64,000 nucleotides of DNA from Fibrobacteria bacterium (lineage in GTDB: Bacteria; Fibrobacterota; Fibrobacteria; UBA11236): contig JBGTHM010000037.1 of the NCBI GenBank assembly GCA_041746255.1, positions 1 through 64,000 of the forward strand. The letters are read 5' to 3'. The position numbers and the translations under genes were made by a program. The notes beneath the pieces were generated by a model. The model did not search any database, was not told the origin of the DNA, and was given only the letters and a program-made list of their open reading frames with translations. This document shows, piece after piece, positions 19,750-30,293 of the stretch (position 1 is its first letter; each line of letters starts with the position of its first letter).

Positions 19750-20643
19750 ATGGCTTGTCTCAGCATAGGATTACCGGTTTATAACGGCGAAGTTTATTTG
19801 GAAGCCGCACTGGTTTCCCTTTTGGGACAAACCTTCGGCGATTTCGAATTGATTATTTCCGATAACGCCTCTACGGATTCCACGGAAGAGATTTGTCGGA
19901 GCTATGCCGCAAATGATTCTCGTATTCAATATTTCCGCGCTGAGCGCAACCGTGGGGCCGCCTGGAATTTCAATCGGGTGGTAAAGCTCGCGGGCGGAGA
20001 ATATTTCAAGTGGGCGGCTTACGATGATTTGCACGAACCTCTGTGTTTGGAGATGTGCGTCAAGGCGATCCGAAACCATCCCGATGCGGTCTTGTCCTAT
20101 ACGCGTTCCCGGCTCATTGATGAGGAGGGACGGCACATACGCGATTACAATATCGATTTCAGGACACATTCCCGATTACCGCATAAACGTTTCTACGATT
20201 TGATTAGCCGGGATTATCTTGCCTGTCAGCTTTACGGTGTGATCCGCACGGCGTCGCTGCGTAGGACATCCCTGTTGGGTTCGTATCCATCTGCGGATAT
20301 CCACCTGCTGGCGGAGTTGGCCTTGATGGGTCCGTTCCATGAAATAAATCGACCTTATTTTTTGCGCCGTGATCATGCCCGCCGTTCGGTGAGGGCCTAC
20401 ACGACTGTGAAGGAAACCGCAGAGTGGTTCAATCCCGGAGCGGTGGTTCATGCGCGAATGGCGAAAGTGAATCGATTCTTGAAATATGCTTCCGCTATCC
20501 GGAGGGCGAGATTGGATGCGAGGGAAAAAATGCTTTGTTACCTCGCCTTAGTCCGATGTATTGGGGTCAGGATGCCGAAAGCGGTTAAGGGATACCAGGT
20601 AGGAATAATCGGCAGCCTAAAAAGCAGCTTGAGGAAGGCTTGA
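19750..20643 (+). CDS. Glycosyltransferase family 2
   Basis: SIGLPVYNGE, ISDNASTD, GAAWNFN, FKWAAYDD. Confidence 0.92.
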   Translation: MACLSIGLPVYNGEVYLEAALVSLLGQTFGDFELIISDNASTDSTEEICRSYAANDSRIQYFRAERNRGAAWNFNRVVKLAGGEYFKWAAYDDLHEPLCLEMCVKAIRNHPDAVLSYTRSRLIDEEGRHIRDYNIDFRTHSRLPHKRFYDLISRDYLACQLYGVIRTASLRRTSLLGSYPSADIHLLAELALMGPFHEINRPYFLRRDHARRSVRAYTTVKETAEWFNPGAVVHARMAKVNRFLKYASAIRRARLDAREKMLCYLALVRCIGVRMPKAVKGYQVGIIGSLKSSLRKA

Positions 20644-21429
20644 TTACTCTAGGCCATTGGCGGAGTTTTTGTCCACCACTCCGGGTAATTTTTTTCGGTT
20701 CGGGAAAAATGTTTTCAAAGCGTCGACGCCTTCTTGGGGTCTAGCAAGTTCGACTAGATCCGATCGTTGTTCCCGCTTCTGCATGAGACTGATCCCCAGT
20801 CTATTCTCCAGGTTTTTCTCCATGACCTGATTGATTTCTCCATCGGCATTGTAAGACCAGGCAAGTTTCGGTTCACCAAGGGGCAACTCATCTCCATGAA
20901 TTCCATTACCTCCGGTATTCCAAATATGCCAAGTCTTGCCATAACTGTTCATCTTGTCGGCCAAGGCTGCTTTTTCCGCGATGTCCGGAAGGCCGGGCAT
21001 CACAAGCTGCCCGGAAAGAATTTCATGGTTATGGGGGTGCCAATATTTTTTTTCGGCCGCCGGTAGCGTTTCGAACAGTCTCTCGGAAATGATGTACTCA
21101 ATCCCGTTCATTTTGGCCTCTTCCGAATTCCCATCGAAAAGCACGCATTGCGCGAAATCCTGATTGACTTGGCGGCAGAAATGGTGGGCTTCCATACTAT
21201 GACTGGGATTGTCTTTCATAGGATGAAACCCGACGAGATACATGTTGATTTTTCGGACGGGCCCCATATTTTGCAGTAAATCGGCACCGGTTTCCAGCAC
21301 GTGGGTTCTGAAGGTTTTTTCCTCTCCTTTGGGCTCAGTGTCGGTTTGTGTTTCACCACAGAAGAGCAGGGACATAGCCAGGAAAAGGGTAAGAATTCCG
21401 TAAAGCACTTGGATAAAAAAGTGTTTCAT
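20644..21429 (-). CDS. DUF1264 / OBAP-like (oil-body-associated-like) protein, probably exported
   Basis: EAHHFC, QCVLFDG, GIEYIISERLFETLP, YWHPHNHEILSGQL, SYGKTWH; hydrophobic N-terminus ending LLFCG. Confidence 0.85.
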   Translation of the reverse strand: MKHFFIQVLYGILTLFLAMSLLFCGETQTDTEPKGEEKTFRTHVLETGADLLQNMGPVRKINMYLVGFHPMKDNPSHSMEAHHFCRQVNQDFAQCVLFDGNSEEAKMNGIEYIISERLFETLPAAEKKYWHPHNHEILSGQLVMPGLPDIAEKAALADKMNSYGKTWHIWNTGGNGIHGDELPLGEPKLAWSYNADGEINQVMEKNLENRLGISLMQKREQRSDLVELARPQEGVDALKTFFPNRKKLPGVVDKNSANGLE

Positions 21430-21641
21430 AAATGCGCCCCCCTTGAATTTTTGAATCGATGCAAATCGAAAAGGCGGGATAGAATTTGAACATCTGTCGA
21501 TATGTGGAAAATAAATGCGTGATTACCGGGCCGCAATTGTTTTCCCTTATGCATGCGTATCCCAATATTGGCTGCAGAGTCTCATTAATGGGACGACTTT
21601 TCTTCCAGATGGGTTGAATGCCCGAAATTAGGCATTCGAAA

Positions 21642-21658
21642 TTGGCACACTCTGTGCT
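21642..21658 (+). promoter_or_regulatory. sigma54 promoter of the VIT-domain gene
   Basis: TTGGCACACTCTGTGCT gives TGGCAC and GG-N10-GC; near-palindrome GTCTCATTAATGGGAC at 21579-21594 upstream. Confidence 0.72.
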
Positions 21659-21711
21659 TTTCTATGCTCGTAATCAAAAAGGGCCAGCCCTAAGCGGCAA
21701 GGAGAGAAAAT

Positions 21712-23307
21712 ATGAAAACCAGGTTTATGCGTTCGGGATTGATGTTATTGGGGCTGATATTTTCGGGATGGTCGCAAGGTACTTTTTGGCAAACCACGCG
21801 CGAGGGTAATTCCCAAGGAATCTGTCGGTTGGTTAATAACTCCATTACCGTGAAAATATCGACACATTCCGTAGATGTGGAAGAAGAAGCTGAAATTCAA
21901 ACAGAAGGAAACGTCTGGTGGGGAGACCCTAATTCATTAGAAATAGTAGGGCAATTTCAATTGCCCACGGGAGTGGCGGTAAGGTCCATGTTGTTGTGGT
22001 GGAAGGATGATATTCTAAAGGCCAAGCTTAGAGATAGAAGGTCGGCAGATAGTCTATACGAAAAGGTGGTGGATAGGCAACAGGTAGTAGTACCCAGGGA
22101 CCCGGCTTTGATCGAATACGCCGGCAATGGGTCGTACGATTTTAAAATATATCCGGTAGCGATAGGCAAGAGCAGAAAAATCCGAATCTTATATACTGTG
22201 CCTCTGACACCAGGATTGAATCAATTCGAATTTGATTTTAGGCCCGTGTTTTTACAGGGATTTTCGAACAACCATAACCAAAGCGTCACTTCCATCCCCG
22301 TAAAATTTATTAATCAAGATTCGACTGAATCCAAATATATATGGAGTTCCGGAAAAAAACCTAGAAATATAGAATTCAATTCAACCTATTTGTGGACAGT
22401 AGACCCTGCCCTGGATTATTGGGGTAATATTATCAGTGTCCCCCATTTCAAAATTTTACCCTCGACCCCGCCAAGAGGAGCGTTCACCTTTATAGAAGAG
22501 AAGGCAGGACAAATTACCCATTATACGCAAGTGTATTCGCATATTCCGGAGACGATAAGCCGGCAGATAGAAAAATTGTCGTTGAGAAATTATACAATTG
22601 AAGCGCGAATCTCTAATGGAGAAGAGGTTTATCTGGTGGAAGTAGCACCGAAGGGTTTGGTTATGATCAATAACAAATCGGAAAAAATTTGGGATCATCA
22701 TATCATTTGGAAGATATACAACAATCAAGGGGCTGAAGTTTTCAAAGATGTGCAGGAGTACGAGAAGAATATCGGAGGGGCGAAATTCGAAAACTTCGCC
22801 ATGTTGTGGGGTGCTCGTTATACGTTAAAGGAAGGCAAAGGTAATCTGGGGGCTTTATATGGATTTGTCGACAGGGACATGAGCTTGTTGGCCTTGGAGG
22901 CCGATGCGCTACCTGCCAATGATAGGGATATCTTTGCCGTCGGCGGGGTGCCCATTCTGACTCCCTCGGAAATTATTGTGGGCCCCAATGGATTACCCGT
23001 CACGCCAAAAAATAATATTATTATCCAGATTCCCTCCACCAAAACTTTAACCCTGTCGCAACTAATAGCCGCCTGTAATTTTTTGGGACTCAAAGGCGAT
23101 CTGCTGAGCTTTTCATTGCCTAATGGTATAAGCGCGGTGGGCTTCGAATTATACGACATAACCGGTAAAATTGTCGTCTCTCACAAATCGATGCGGGTTG
23201 AAAATGGCCAGATACAGATCCCCAGCAACCGGGTGCTCAAGGGCTCTTATATAGCCGTCTTCACAACCTCAGAGGGTCAAAAGTTACAGGTCAAATTGCG
23301 TCTTTAG
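21712..23307 (+). CDS. Secreted VIT-like-domain protein with T9SS type-A-like C-terminal domain
   Basis: Signal peptide; FQLPTGVAVRSMLLW...A...YEKVV...RDPALIEY...FKIYPV VIT-like pattern; tail LYDITGKIV...KGSYIAV...VKLRL; SD AAGGAG. Confidence 0.75.
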   Translation: MKTRFMRSGLMLLGLIFSGWSQGTFWQTTREGNSQGICRLVNNSITVKISTHSVDVEEEAEIQTEGNVWWGDPNSLEIVGQFQLPTGVAVRSMLLWWKDDILKAKLRDRRSADSLYEKVVDRQQVVVPRDPALIEYAGNGSYDFKIYPVAIGKSRKIRILYTVPLTPGLNQFEFDFRPVFLQGFSNNHNQSVTSIPVKFINQDSTESKYIWSSGKKPRNIEFNSTYLWTVDPALDYWGNIISVPHFKILPSTPPRGAFTFIEEKAGQITHYTQVYSHIPETISRQIEKLSLRNYTIEARISNGEEVYLVEVAPKGLVMINNKSEKIWDHHIIWKIYNNQGAEVFKDVQEYEKNIGGAKFENFAMLWGARYTLKEGKGNLGALYGFVDRDMSLLALEADALPANDRDIFAVGGVPILTPSEIIVGPNGLPVTPKNNIIIQIPSTKTLTLSQLIAACNFLGLKGDLLSFSLPNGISAVGFELYDITGKIVVSHKSMRVENGQIQIPSNRVLKGSYIAVFTTSEGQKLQVKLRL

Positions 23308-23337
23308 ATTATTTCGAATAAAGATGCTGTTGAAGGG

Positions 23338-24537
23338 TAGGTGGAGTGCGCGGGAAAATTCAGTCCATTTCTAACTTGAGAATGGAGCCCCCAGACGGAA
23401 GGAGAGTGGATGAAAAGGCTCGTTTTTCGGATGAGCAGATTGTGAAAATCGTTCGAGAATCCCAGGCGCATGGAGTTCCTGCAACTGCCGGAAAATACCA
23501 GGTTTCCGAGCAGACTATTTACATCTGGAAAAGAAAATTCGGCACCATGGATGTCTCCCAGGTGGCTGAGCTGAAAAAGACTCAGACTGAAAATGCCCGG
23601 TTAAAAAACTGCTCGCAGAACGGGACATGGGAATCGAAGTCATGAAGGAGACTGCCGCAAAAAAATTCTAGGCATGCCGGAAAAGGTGAAAGCTGTCCGT
23701 CACGCCTAAAGCCGTGGAGTCCCGCTTCGCAGAGCATGCAACTTGCTTGGCGTGTCTCGTTCCATGGTCAGCTACTGCCGCCTTCAACCCCTCAAGTATG
23801 AGCCATTGTTAAAGATTATGGCAGAGATGCCCAGGATGCACAATACCTGGGGTTATCGACTCATTCACGGATGGATAAGGGAAAAAGGACAGGATTTTGG
23901 CCTTTACCGGGTTCGTAGGCTATGGAAACAACACGGATATGTCCGGCTTTGGCGTAAGAAGCGCCGGAAAATACGGGCCGGAGCCCGCTTAAAGCCCTTG
24001 TCCATGGGTCCTAATACCATTTGGTGCATGGATTTTGTGGAAGACCGGCTAACCACTGGAAGAAAACTCTTTGCTTTGTTGGTGAAGGATGAAGCAACGG
24101 CATTCGCCTTGAACGTTTCGATAGCCCATTCTTTCAAAGGCGAAAACGTGGAAAGGATTCTAGATGCTCTTGTCGATGAATATGGGGCTCCAGCCGATAT
24201 TCGCTGTGACAACGGAGGTCAGTTCATTTCCTATGTGGTGCAGCGGTGGGCTCAGTCTCGTGGCATTGAAATGGCACATATCGACCCAGGCAAGCCGTGG
24301 CAAAAATGATGTGCCGAGAGGTTTGTAGGAACAGATCGAAGGGAGATACTAAACGCAGAAATATTTGGTTCTCTAGCGGAAGCGGCATGGCTGTCGGAAC
24401 GTTGGGAAAGAATGTACAACCATGATCGGCCTCATAGCCGGCTGAAGTACAGACCTTCAGCAACAGCTTACCCATGTAAACGGAAAAATGGATGATTTAC
24501 TAAACTTGAACCTGGACCGAAAAAACCACGCCACCTA
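23338..24537 (+). mobile_element. Degenerate IS3-family insertion sequence
   Basis: OrfA-like RFSDEQIVKI...VSEQTIYIWKRKF; A7 run at 23659-23665; OrfB rve motifs WGYR, WCMDF, IRCDNGGQF, PGKPWQ, YNHDRPHS. Imperfect ends TAGGTGGAGTG...TTCAGTCCA (23338-23367) and TGGACCGAA...CACGCCACCTA (24513-24537). Frameshifts in orfA; stops at 23707 and 24307. Confidence 0.9.
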
Positions 24538-24607
24538 AATCCCAAGGCGGTCTGGAAAAACTAAATTTCTAAGAGAAAGATTCAGTTCAAACCATTCGAG
24601 CGAAAAA

Positions 24608-25018
24608 ATGAAATTAATCCAAGGCCTATTGCTTGCTTTTATTGGTTTAGGTGCCCTTGGGGGTGGCGCCTATTTAATGTTTGACCCGAGCGGAAACCTT
24701 ATTGGACTTCCACTGGAATATTTAAAGGGGTCTCCATTCCAAAATTACTCGATACCAGGAGTGGTCCTGTTTTTTGTGATTGGAATAGGAAATTTGATAG
24801 GATCCATTTTAACATTTAAAAAGCATCGTTATTCCGGTAAAATTGGAATGACGTTGGGCTTGATTCTTTTAACTTGGATGCTTGTCCAGATAATTTCAAT
24901 TGGTTATAAAATGTGGATTCAAGGTTTATTCACTGGGATTTCAATCGTCTTAATCTGGATCGGATATCGCATTATTTATTCCGTAACCCCGCTAAAAAGG
25001 TCCAGTGGAAAATCCTAA
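24608..25018 (+). CDS. Small 4-TM hypothetical membrane protein
   Basis: Four hydrophobic segments with DPSG...GLPLEYLKGSPF...IPG pattern; AT-rich; overlaps the wzx 3' end. Confidence 0.8.
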   Translation: MKLIQGLLLAFIGLGALGGGAYLMFDPSGNLIGLPLEYLKGSPFQNYSIPGVVLFFVIGIGNLIGSILTFKKHRYSGKIGMTLGLILLTWMLVQIISIGYKMWIQGLFTGISIVLIWIGYRIIYSVTPLKRSSGKS

Positions 25019-26426
25019 GGAATCCGAGATAATAAAGCGAAAACCCAACCACCCGCACAACCATAATAAAAACGGTAGAGTCCGGGCTAAAAGCATCCAT
25101 CAACAACCCGTCCACTAAAAAACCCAGCGCACATACCCCAGCAACAACCACCTTGAGGCGCAGAACGTCCTTGAGAAACTTTCCTTCTTCTCGGAACAAG
25201 ATGCTTATCCACACCAAGTATACGACGAAATAAAGCGAGCCCCACATCCAAGCCAAATCGATAAGTTCCGCTCTTCGAAAGATAAAAGTGAGAGAGGGTA
25301 CGGCCAGCGCCAAGGCCAGTTCAAAGCGTGTACTCAGCAGAGGTTTGCCGCGGGCGGTATTGTAGGTGGAAATGATGCCTGCCAAAACCACCCAGATTTG
25401 CACCAGGCATAAAACCTCGAAGAGAGGAAACATCGGCCTCCATTGTTCTCCGAGCAGAAAACCGAGAACAGTTTCGCCATAATAAAACCCGCAAAAATAG
25501 ATGGGCATAACGGTGAGCATACTGAATTTGAAAGCCGTCCATAAGCCTTGCAATTGTTCGCGGGGATTATGGGTTCTTTTGGCCAGAAGCGGCAATAGCA
25601 CTTCGCGCAAAAGCTGGACGGCCTTTACGTTGGGAATGGACGCGAGTGTGCCGCCGAAGCTCAAAAGGCCGAGTTGGGATGCGGAAATGACACGGCCCAG
25701 GATGATGGGGATACTGCGTTCTCGAAATATGAAGAGAAACATATTGAGTATCAATTGGGAGCTGAATCCGATGTCGTCCTTGATTTGCACCCATTCTAGG
25801 CGAAGCGCCGGGCGATATCCCGAATAAATAAAGGATAAAACCGTACGCACCATAAGCCGGACCGCCACCCCTGCCAGCAGTGTCCACACGCCGAAACCGG
25901 CCGCTGCCATGGCAATTTGCGCGGAAACGGAAACGACGACGCTGGCCAAATCGATTATGCCGCGTTCCTTGAAGCGCATATCGCGGTGTAAAAAGTTATA
26001 GGGGACAATGCTGATGGAATTAAGCAGGTACGCGATGGCGGCGAATTGAGTGAGGCGAATCAGGCGGGGTTCATTAAAATACCAGGCTACGAAGTAGGCT
26101 ATGACGAAGGTGAAAACGGTAAGGATGGCTCCCAGAATGAGCGTAGTGGTGAAAAGATTGTCCGCCTTCGCCTTGTCGACGTGAGGGCGTTGTATGAGGG
26201 TGGTGCCGATACCGAGATTTCCCAACATGATCGCGAATTCGGTAAAGGCGGTGGCCATGCTCGAAAGTCCGTAATCGCTGGGGACCAGTTGCGAGGCCAC
26301 ATAGAAGGTCCCTACCCACGAAAAGGCTTGCGAAACTACTTTGCATATCGCAAGCCAACTTGCCCCGGCGAAAAGACGATTTGACGATCCGGACTCTTTG
26401 CGCGTATTCAAATCTGAGGGTTTCAT
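24972..26426 (-). CDS. wzx: Wzx-type polysaccharide flippase
   Basis: About 12 TM segments; LVPSDYGL, LGIGTTLIQ, GFGVWTL; ATGA-coupled to the upstream gene. Confidence 0.9.
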   Translation of the reverse strand: MKPSDLNTRKESGSSNRLFAGASWLAICKVVSQAFSWVGTFYVASQLVPSDYGLSSMATAFTEFAIMLGNLGIGTTLIQRPHVDKAKADNLFTTTLILGAILTVFTFVIAYFVAWYFNEPRLIRLTQFAAIAYLLNSISIVPYNFLHRDMRFKERGIIDLASVVVSVSAQIAMAAAGFGVWTLLAGVAVRLMVRTVLSFIYSGYRPALRLEWVQIKDDIGFSSQLILNMFLFIFRERSIPIILGRVISASQLGLLSFGGTLASIPNVKAVQLLREVLLPLLAKRTHNPREQLQGLWTAFKFSMLTVMPIYFCGFYYGETVLGFLLGEQWRPMFPLFEVLCLVQIWVVLAGIISTYNTARGKPLLSTRFELALALAVPSLTFIFRRAELIDLAWMWGSLYFVVYLVWISILFREEGKFLKDVLRLKVVVAGVCALGFLVDGLLMDAFSPDSTVFIMVVRVVGFSLYYLGFLRIFHWTFLAGLRNK

Positions 26427-27712
26427 TCCTTTCCTGTTGCCTGGATTGGGGAGTAGTTCCCGGCGCTTTGCTCTGATAGGGCTGACGCCAGGATAAGATC
26501 GTTTTTCCAAGCTTGTTCGGCGGCTTGGACGAAAGCGGCAAAAAAATACAGGCCGGGATAATACAGCACCGAAATGAAAGCGCCGGAGGCCAGGTAGCCT
26601 GCAATACCCAAGCCTAGCGATAGTGTGAATTGGTGCAAGAACCGGCTGTTTTCATGGAGCCTTGCGGTTGTGAATGGATGGGATTCGGGAGTTAAGCATG
26701 CCGCCATCTGACTGAATAATTTTTTAACGCGGAAGCGAAGGAGGGTAAGGGCCACGCTAATCATGAAGCCCAGCCATGCAAAGGTTCCCACGAGGCCCAG
26801 TTCGGAAAGTAGCTGGAAATAGACGGAATGGGGGGTACCCATCATGGGACCGGACGGCGGTGGAATAATGCCTGAGTAAAGCGCGTTGCCCCAGGAAGCC
26901 GCGCCCACACCGAATAGCGGTCGCGCCTGGAATAGATCGATGGACAAGCCCCAAAATTGAATTCGCGTGGCTGCGGTGCCTTCGCTGGTATGGGTGATGG
27001 TCCGGAATTCAGAAACCAAATCCTCGGGTGCGATTACGACGGCGGCAATCACGAGGCATCCTGCTATGGCGAGGCCCAGAAGTTTACGCTTTCCCTGTAA
27101 CCAGCATAGAGCCAAAACGACTACGGCGCCTACCATTCCGCCACGGGAATTAGTGAAACCGATCCCCAGAAGCACTACGAACAAAAGCAATCCGGAGAGG
27201 ATTTTTGTGCGTACCTGGGCGGTATTCACGAACTGGATATAGGCCAACGGCATTAGCATGACCAGCATCAAGGCGACGTCATTTTCATCCTTATAGAGAC
27301 CAGGACCCCGACCGCCATGGGTCAGCACCCAAACGGCCATCACCAGCGACAGAGCCGTAAGGAACCGGAACATGAAGCGAAGATTTTCCACGGTGCGCAA
27401 GAACAGGCAGGCTCCCAAAAAACCGGTGAGGAAACGGGGGATTTCCGCCTCGAGGATTCCGGCGACCCGGCCCTGGGTGATTCCCCAGATAAGACCCGGA
27501 AAAAGGGATAGGAGAAATAGGCCACGCCAAGTCGCGATGGGATGCACCCAGGCGAAAGTGAAAAATTTAGCGGCCACGCAGATAATTAAAAGAGCTTGGG
27601 TGATAACACCCAGAAAAAGATATTCCACTCCAGGAATCATGCGATGGACCTGGCCGAAGTCTACCAGCAGGTAGGCGATGAGAGCGGTGAATCCCAGACT
27701 TGAAATATTCAT
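26423..27712 (-). CDS. O-antigen ligase / Wzy polymerase-family membrane protein
   Basis: DENDVAL, TNSRGG, R..FW...RPLFGVG, PHSVYFQLLSELGLVG. Confidence 0.88.
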   Translation of the reverse strand: MNISSLGFTALIAYLLVDFGQVHRMIPGVEYLFLGVITQALLIICVAAKFFTFAWVHPIATWRGLFLLSLFPGLIWGITQGRVAGILEAEIPRFLTGFLGACLFLRTVENLRFMFRFLTALSLVMAVWVLTHGGRGPGLYKDENDVALMLVMLMPLAYIQFVNTAQVRTKILSGLLLFVVLLGIGFTNSRGGMVGAVVVLALCWLQGKRKLLGLAIAGCLVIAAVVIAPEDLVSEFRTITHTSEGTAATRIQFWGLSIDLFQARPLFGVGAASWGNALYSGIIPPPSGPMMGTPHSVYFQLLSELGLVGTFAWLGFMISVALTLLRFRVKKLFSQMAACLTPESHPFTTARLHENSRFLHQFTLSLGLGIAGYLASGAFISVLYYPGLYFFAAFVQAAEQAWKNDLILASALSEQSAGNYSPIQATGKE

Positions 27713-27862
27713 TTCCCGATATCAACCTTGGGTAAACCTGATGCAATCCTTCCATGGGAATAAGGAGGAAATAAAGATTTAACCTGGCTGCTACAATGAA
27801 AATAACGGTCGCTCGGTCACTCCCAGTTACAACGCAATTGATACTTGCGATGAAAGGCCGTT

Positions 27863-29008
27863 TTAACCGGTTTGTGACACCTCGAGGGGAGCAAGACAGC
27901 GGTATAAATCCAGATACGCCTTGACCATGACCGAACTGTCATAGCGTGCGTCGAAGAGGGAACGGGCCGCGGCACCCAGCGAATGCGCCAGCGAAGTATT
28001 GGAAAGCAGCGAATTAACGGCCTGGGCAAGGGCCTCGGAGTCGGACGGCTGCACCAAGAGAGCATTCCGGTGGTCGGTCAATAATCGCCCCACTCCCCCA
28101 ACCGAGGTAGCGATGATGGGGAGCCCCACGCTCATGGCCTCAAGCAAGCAAAGCGGGAGACCCTCCCACAGAGAGGGGAGCACGTATACATCGAGCATAG
28201 GATAGAATTCCCGGAGCTGCGTCAGGGGGCCTAAAAAACGCACGGAACCCGATACTCCCATTGATTCTGCCAGAGTTCGCAAAGGGATTTCCTGCGATCC
28301 CGCTCCGGCGATCACCAAAAGGGCGTGAGGATGACGCTCCCGTATTTGTGGCATGGCACGCAAAAGAAACTCGATGCCCTTTTGTTTTTCCAGCCGCACT
28401 CCCAATCCAAAAACCAGGCGATCGGGTTCGATACCATAACGTTTGCGTAACTCGATACCCGCATCGGTTCCGTCGTCTTCCCTGGACTTTTGGCGGTACC
28501 ATGCACCGTTGATTCCGTTCTCGATGACGGTCAGTTTTTTACGGGAAATGCGTTCATGCCGGAACAGATTTTCCGCGGTAGGGAGGGAAACGCCGACCAC
28601 CTTATCATAGGTAACCGCCAGCATATGCTCAAGGACACGATAGCGTAGCTTGTCGGGAAAGGGGCGGGCATGGTCGGTATGCACCCGTACCTCCACTCGT
28701 GCCATGGCGGCTGCCAGCCCACCGTCGATAAAGGCTTGGGTATTATGCGTATGCACCACGTCGAAGGATTCATTCCGCATCAAGCGGAAAAGTTTCAGAA
28801 AAAGCCATCTATCCAGACCGTTTTTCGGCCAGGGCATAATCCATAGGGGAAGGCCCCGTTCCTTTATTTCCTGTTCCAGGGGGCCGTGTCCTCGCAACGA
28901 TACGATATGCGTTTCATGGCCGATTGCGTTCAGGCCATCCGCCAAATCAAGAACCACGCGTTGTAGTCCTCCCATATTGAGGTCGTAGCTGACTTGCAGA
29001 ATTTTCAT
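27863..29008 (-). CDS. Glycosyltransferase family 4
   Basis: GGLQRVV, VVHTH, IENGI, LPSLWEGLPLCLLEAM. Confidence 0.93.
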   Translation of the reverse strand: MKILQVSYDLNMGGLQRVVLDLADGLNAIGHETHIVSLRGHGPLEQEIKERGLPLWIMPWPKNGLDRWLFLKLFRLMRNESFDVVHTHNTQAFIDGGLAAAMARVEVRVHTDHARPFPDKLRYRVLEHMLAVTYDKVVGVSLPTAENLFRHERISRKKLTVIENGINGAWYRQKSREDDGTDAGIELRKRYGIEPDRLVFGLGVRLEKQKGIEFLLRAMPQIRERHPHALLVIAGAGSQEIPLRTLAESMGVSGSVRFLGPLTQLREFYPMLDVYVLPSLWEGLPLCLLEAMSVGLPIIATSVGGVGRLLTDHRNALLVQPSDSEALAQAVNSLLSNTSLAHSLGAAARSLFDARYDSSVMVKAYLDLYRCLAPLEVSQTG

Positions 29009-30156
29009 GCCCGACTCGCATGGCCAGGCTTTACGCCGGCCAGGACGGATTGATAAAGTGAGTGGTATTTCGCCGCGGTACCCCGCATATCGTGATTCTC
29101 GAGGACAGTGAGGTTAAGGGATTTTCCCATGGCCGTCCGGATTTCAGGGCGGGTGATCGCTTCAACGAGGCATCGCTTCAGCCCCTGCTTGTCACCCATG
29201 GAAAAGGATAGACCGTTGACACCGTGGCGGATAAGCCGTCCCATGCCTCCCGAGTCGGAACAGATCACGGCTTTTTCCAATAGACCGGCTTCCAGCAGCG
29301 ACATGGGCAAGCCTTCTCCATCGCGCGAAGGCAGGCAGAAAATATCGAAGTCGCGTATCCAGGCGAGAATGTCGGCTTGAAAGGGAACAATTTCCATCTT
29401 AAGGTCGGGGAGCTTCTCCCGCCAGAGGCGCTCCAGTTGTGGACGCAGGGGTCCGTCACCCAGAATAATGAGGCGACAGGGGTGCTCGTGCCGGACTTCG
29501 GCTACCGCTTCGATGAGCAGGGCGTGGTTTTTCATGGGAACTAACCGTCCCACCGATCCGATAATGGGAAGTGGTTTTATTTCTTCCACCGTCATTCCCA
29601 GGATTGGATGAAAACCGTTAACCTTGATATCGGTTTCAATGCCGTTTTCAAGAGTGAGGGCCTTTATTTTTCGGTTCTGTTTCTGCAAATAAGCGCGCAT
29701 CTCCTCCGAAACGGCGGCCACCGCTTCGGCATGTGCCAATAGTCGAAGATCAAGGCGGCGGTAAAGAGCGGCTTTTATGCCTCCGGAATCCTTGGGATAG
29801 CCGTGCGCGGTGACGACCAGGGGAACGTTATGCAGTCCCAACGCCCGCGAGAGCAGATGATAAAAAGTAGGCTTGTATCCATGGGAATGTACCACATGTG
29901 GTTTAAGCGATTCCATGACGCGGCCATAGCGAATGAGGGCCAGGGGTGTAATACCCCGGCGGGCCTTCAGGTAGTAAACCTGGTCGCTAATGGGGCCAAG
30001 GCGATCTCCGAGAATATTCGAATTTTGTCCCGCATCTAAAAATCCCAGTAAAGCGGGCGTGCATCCGGATTGTCTACTCTGGAACCGGAAAAGATCGAAA
30101 ATCACCTTTTCGGCTCCATAAAAGCCTCCGCTATGGATGCTATGGAGAATACGCAT
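29005..30156 (-). CDS. Glycosyltransferase family 4
   Basis: GFYGAEKV, HSHGYK, GRLVPMKN, EGLPMSLLEA. Confidence 0.92.
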   Translation of the reverse strand: MRILHSIHSGGFYGAEKVIFDLFRFQSRQSGCTPALLGFLDAGQNSNILGDRLGPISDQVYYLKARRGITPLALIRYGRVMESLKPHVVHSHGYKPTFYHLLSRALGLHNVPLVVTAHGYPKDSGGIKAALYRRLDLRLLAHAEAVAAVSEEMRAYLQKQNRKIKALTLENGIETDIKVNGFHPILGMTVEEIKPLPIIGSVGRLVPMKNHALLIEAVAEVRHEHPCRLIILGDGPLRPQLERLWREKLPDLKMEIVPFQADILAWIRDFDIFCLPSRDGEGLPMSLLEAGLLEKAVICSDSGGMGRLIRHGVNGLSFSMGDKQGLKRCLVEAITRPEIRTAMGKSLNLTVLENHDMRGTAAKYHSLYQSVLAGVKPGHASRA

Positions 30157-30293
30157 GTCGTCGTCCACTCTGTTAGGAAATAATGATTTCCACCCGCCGG
30201 CGACAAGTAAAACCCCTGCTTGAGAAAGTCCTTTTTCTTCTTTTGCCGGACACCGCGGCTAATTTTATTAATGAAAAGCAGAAAAGGTTTCGC

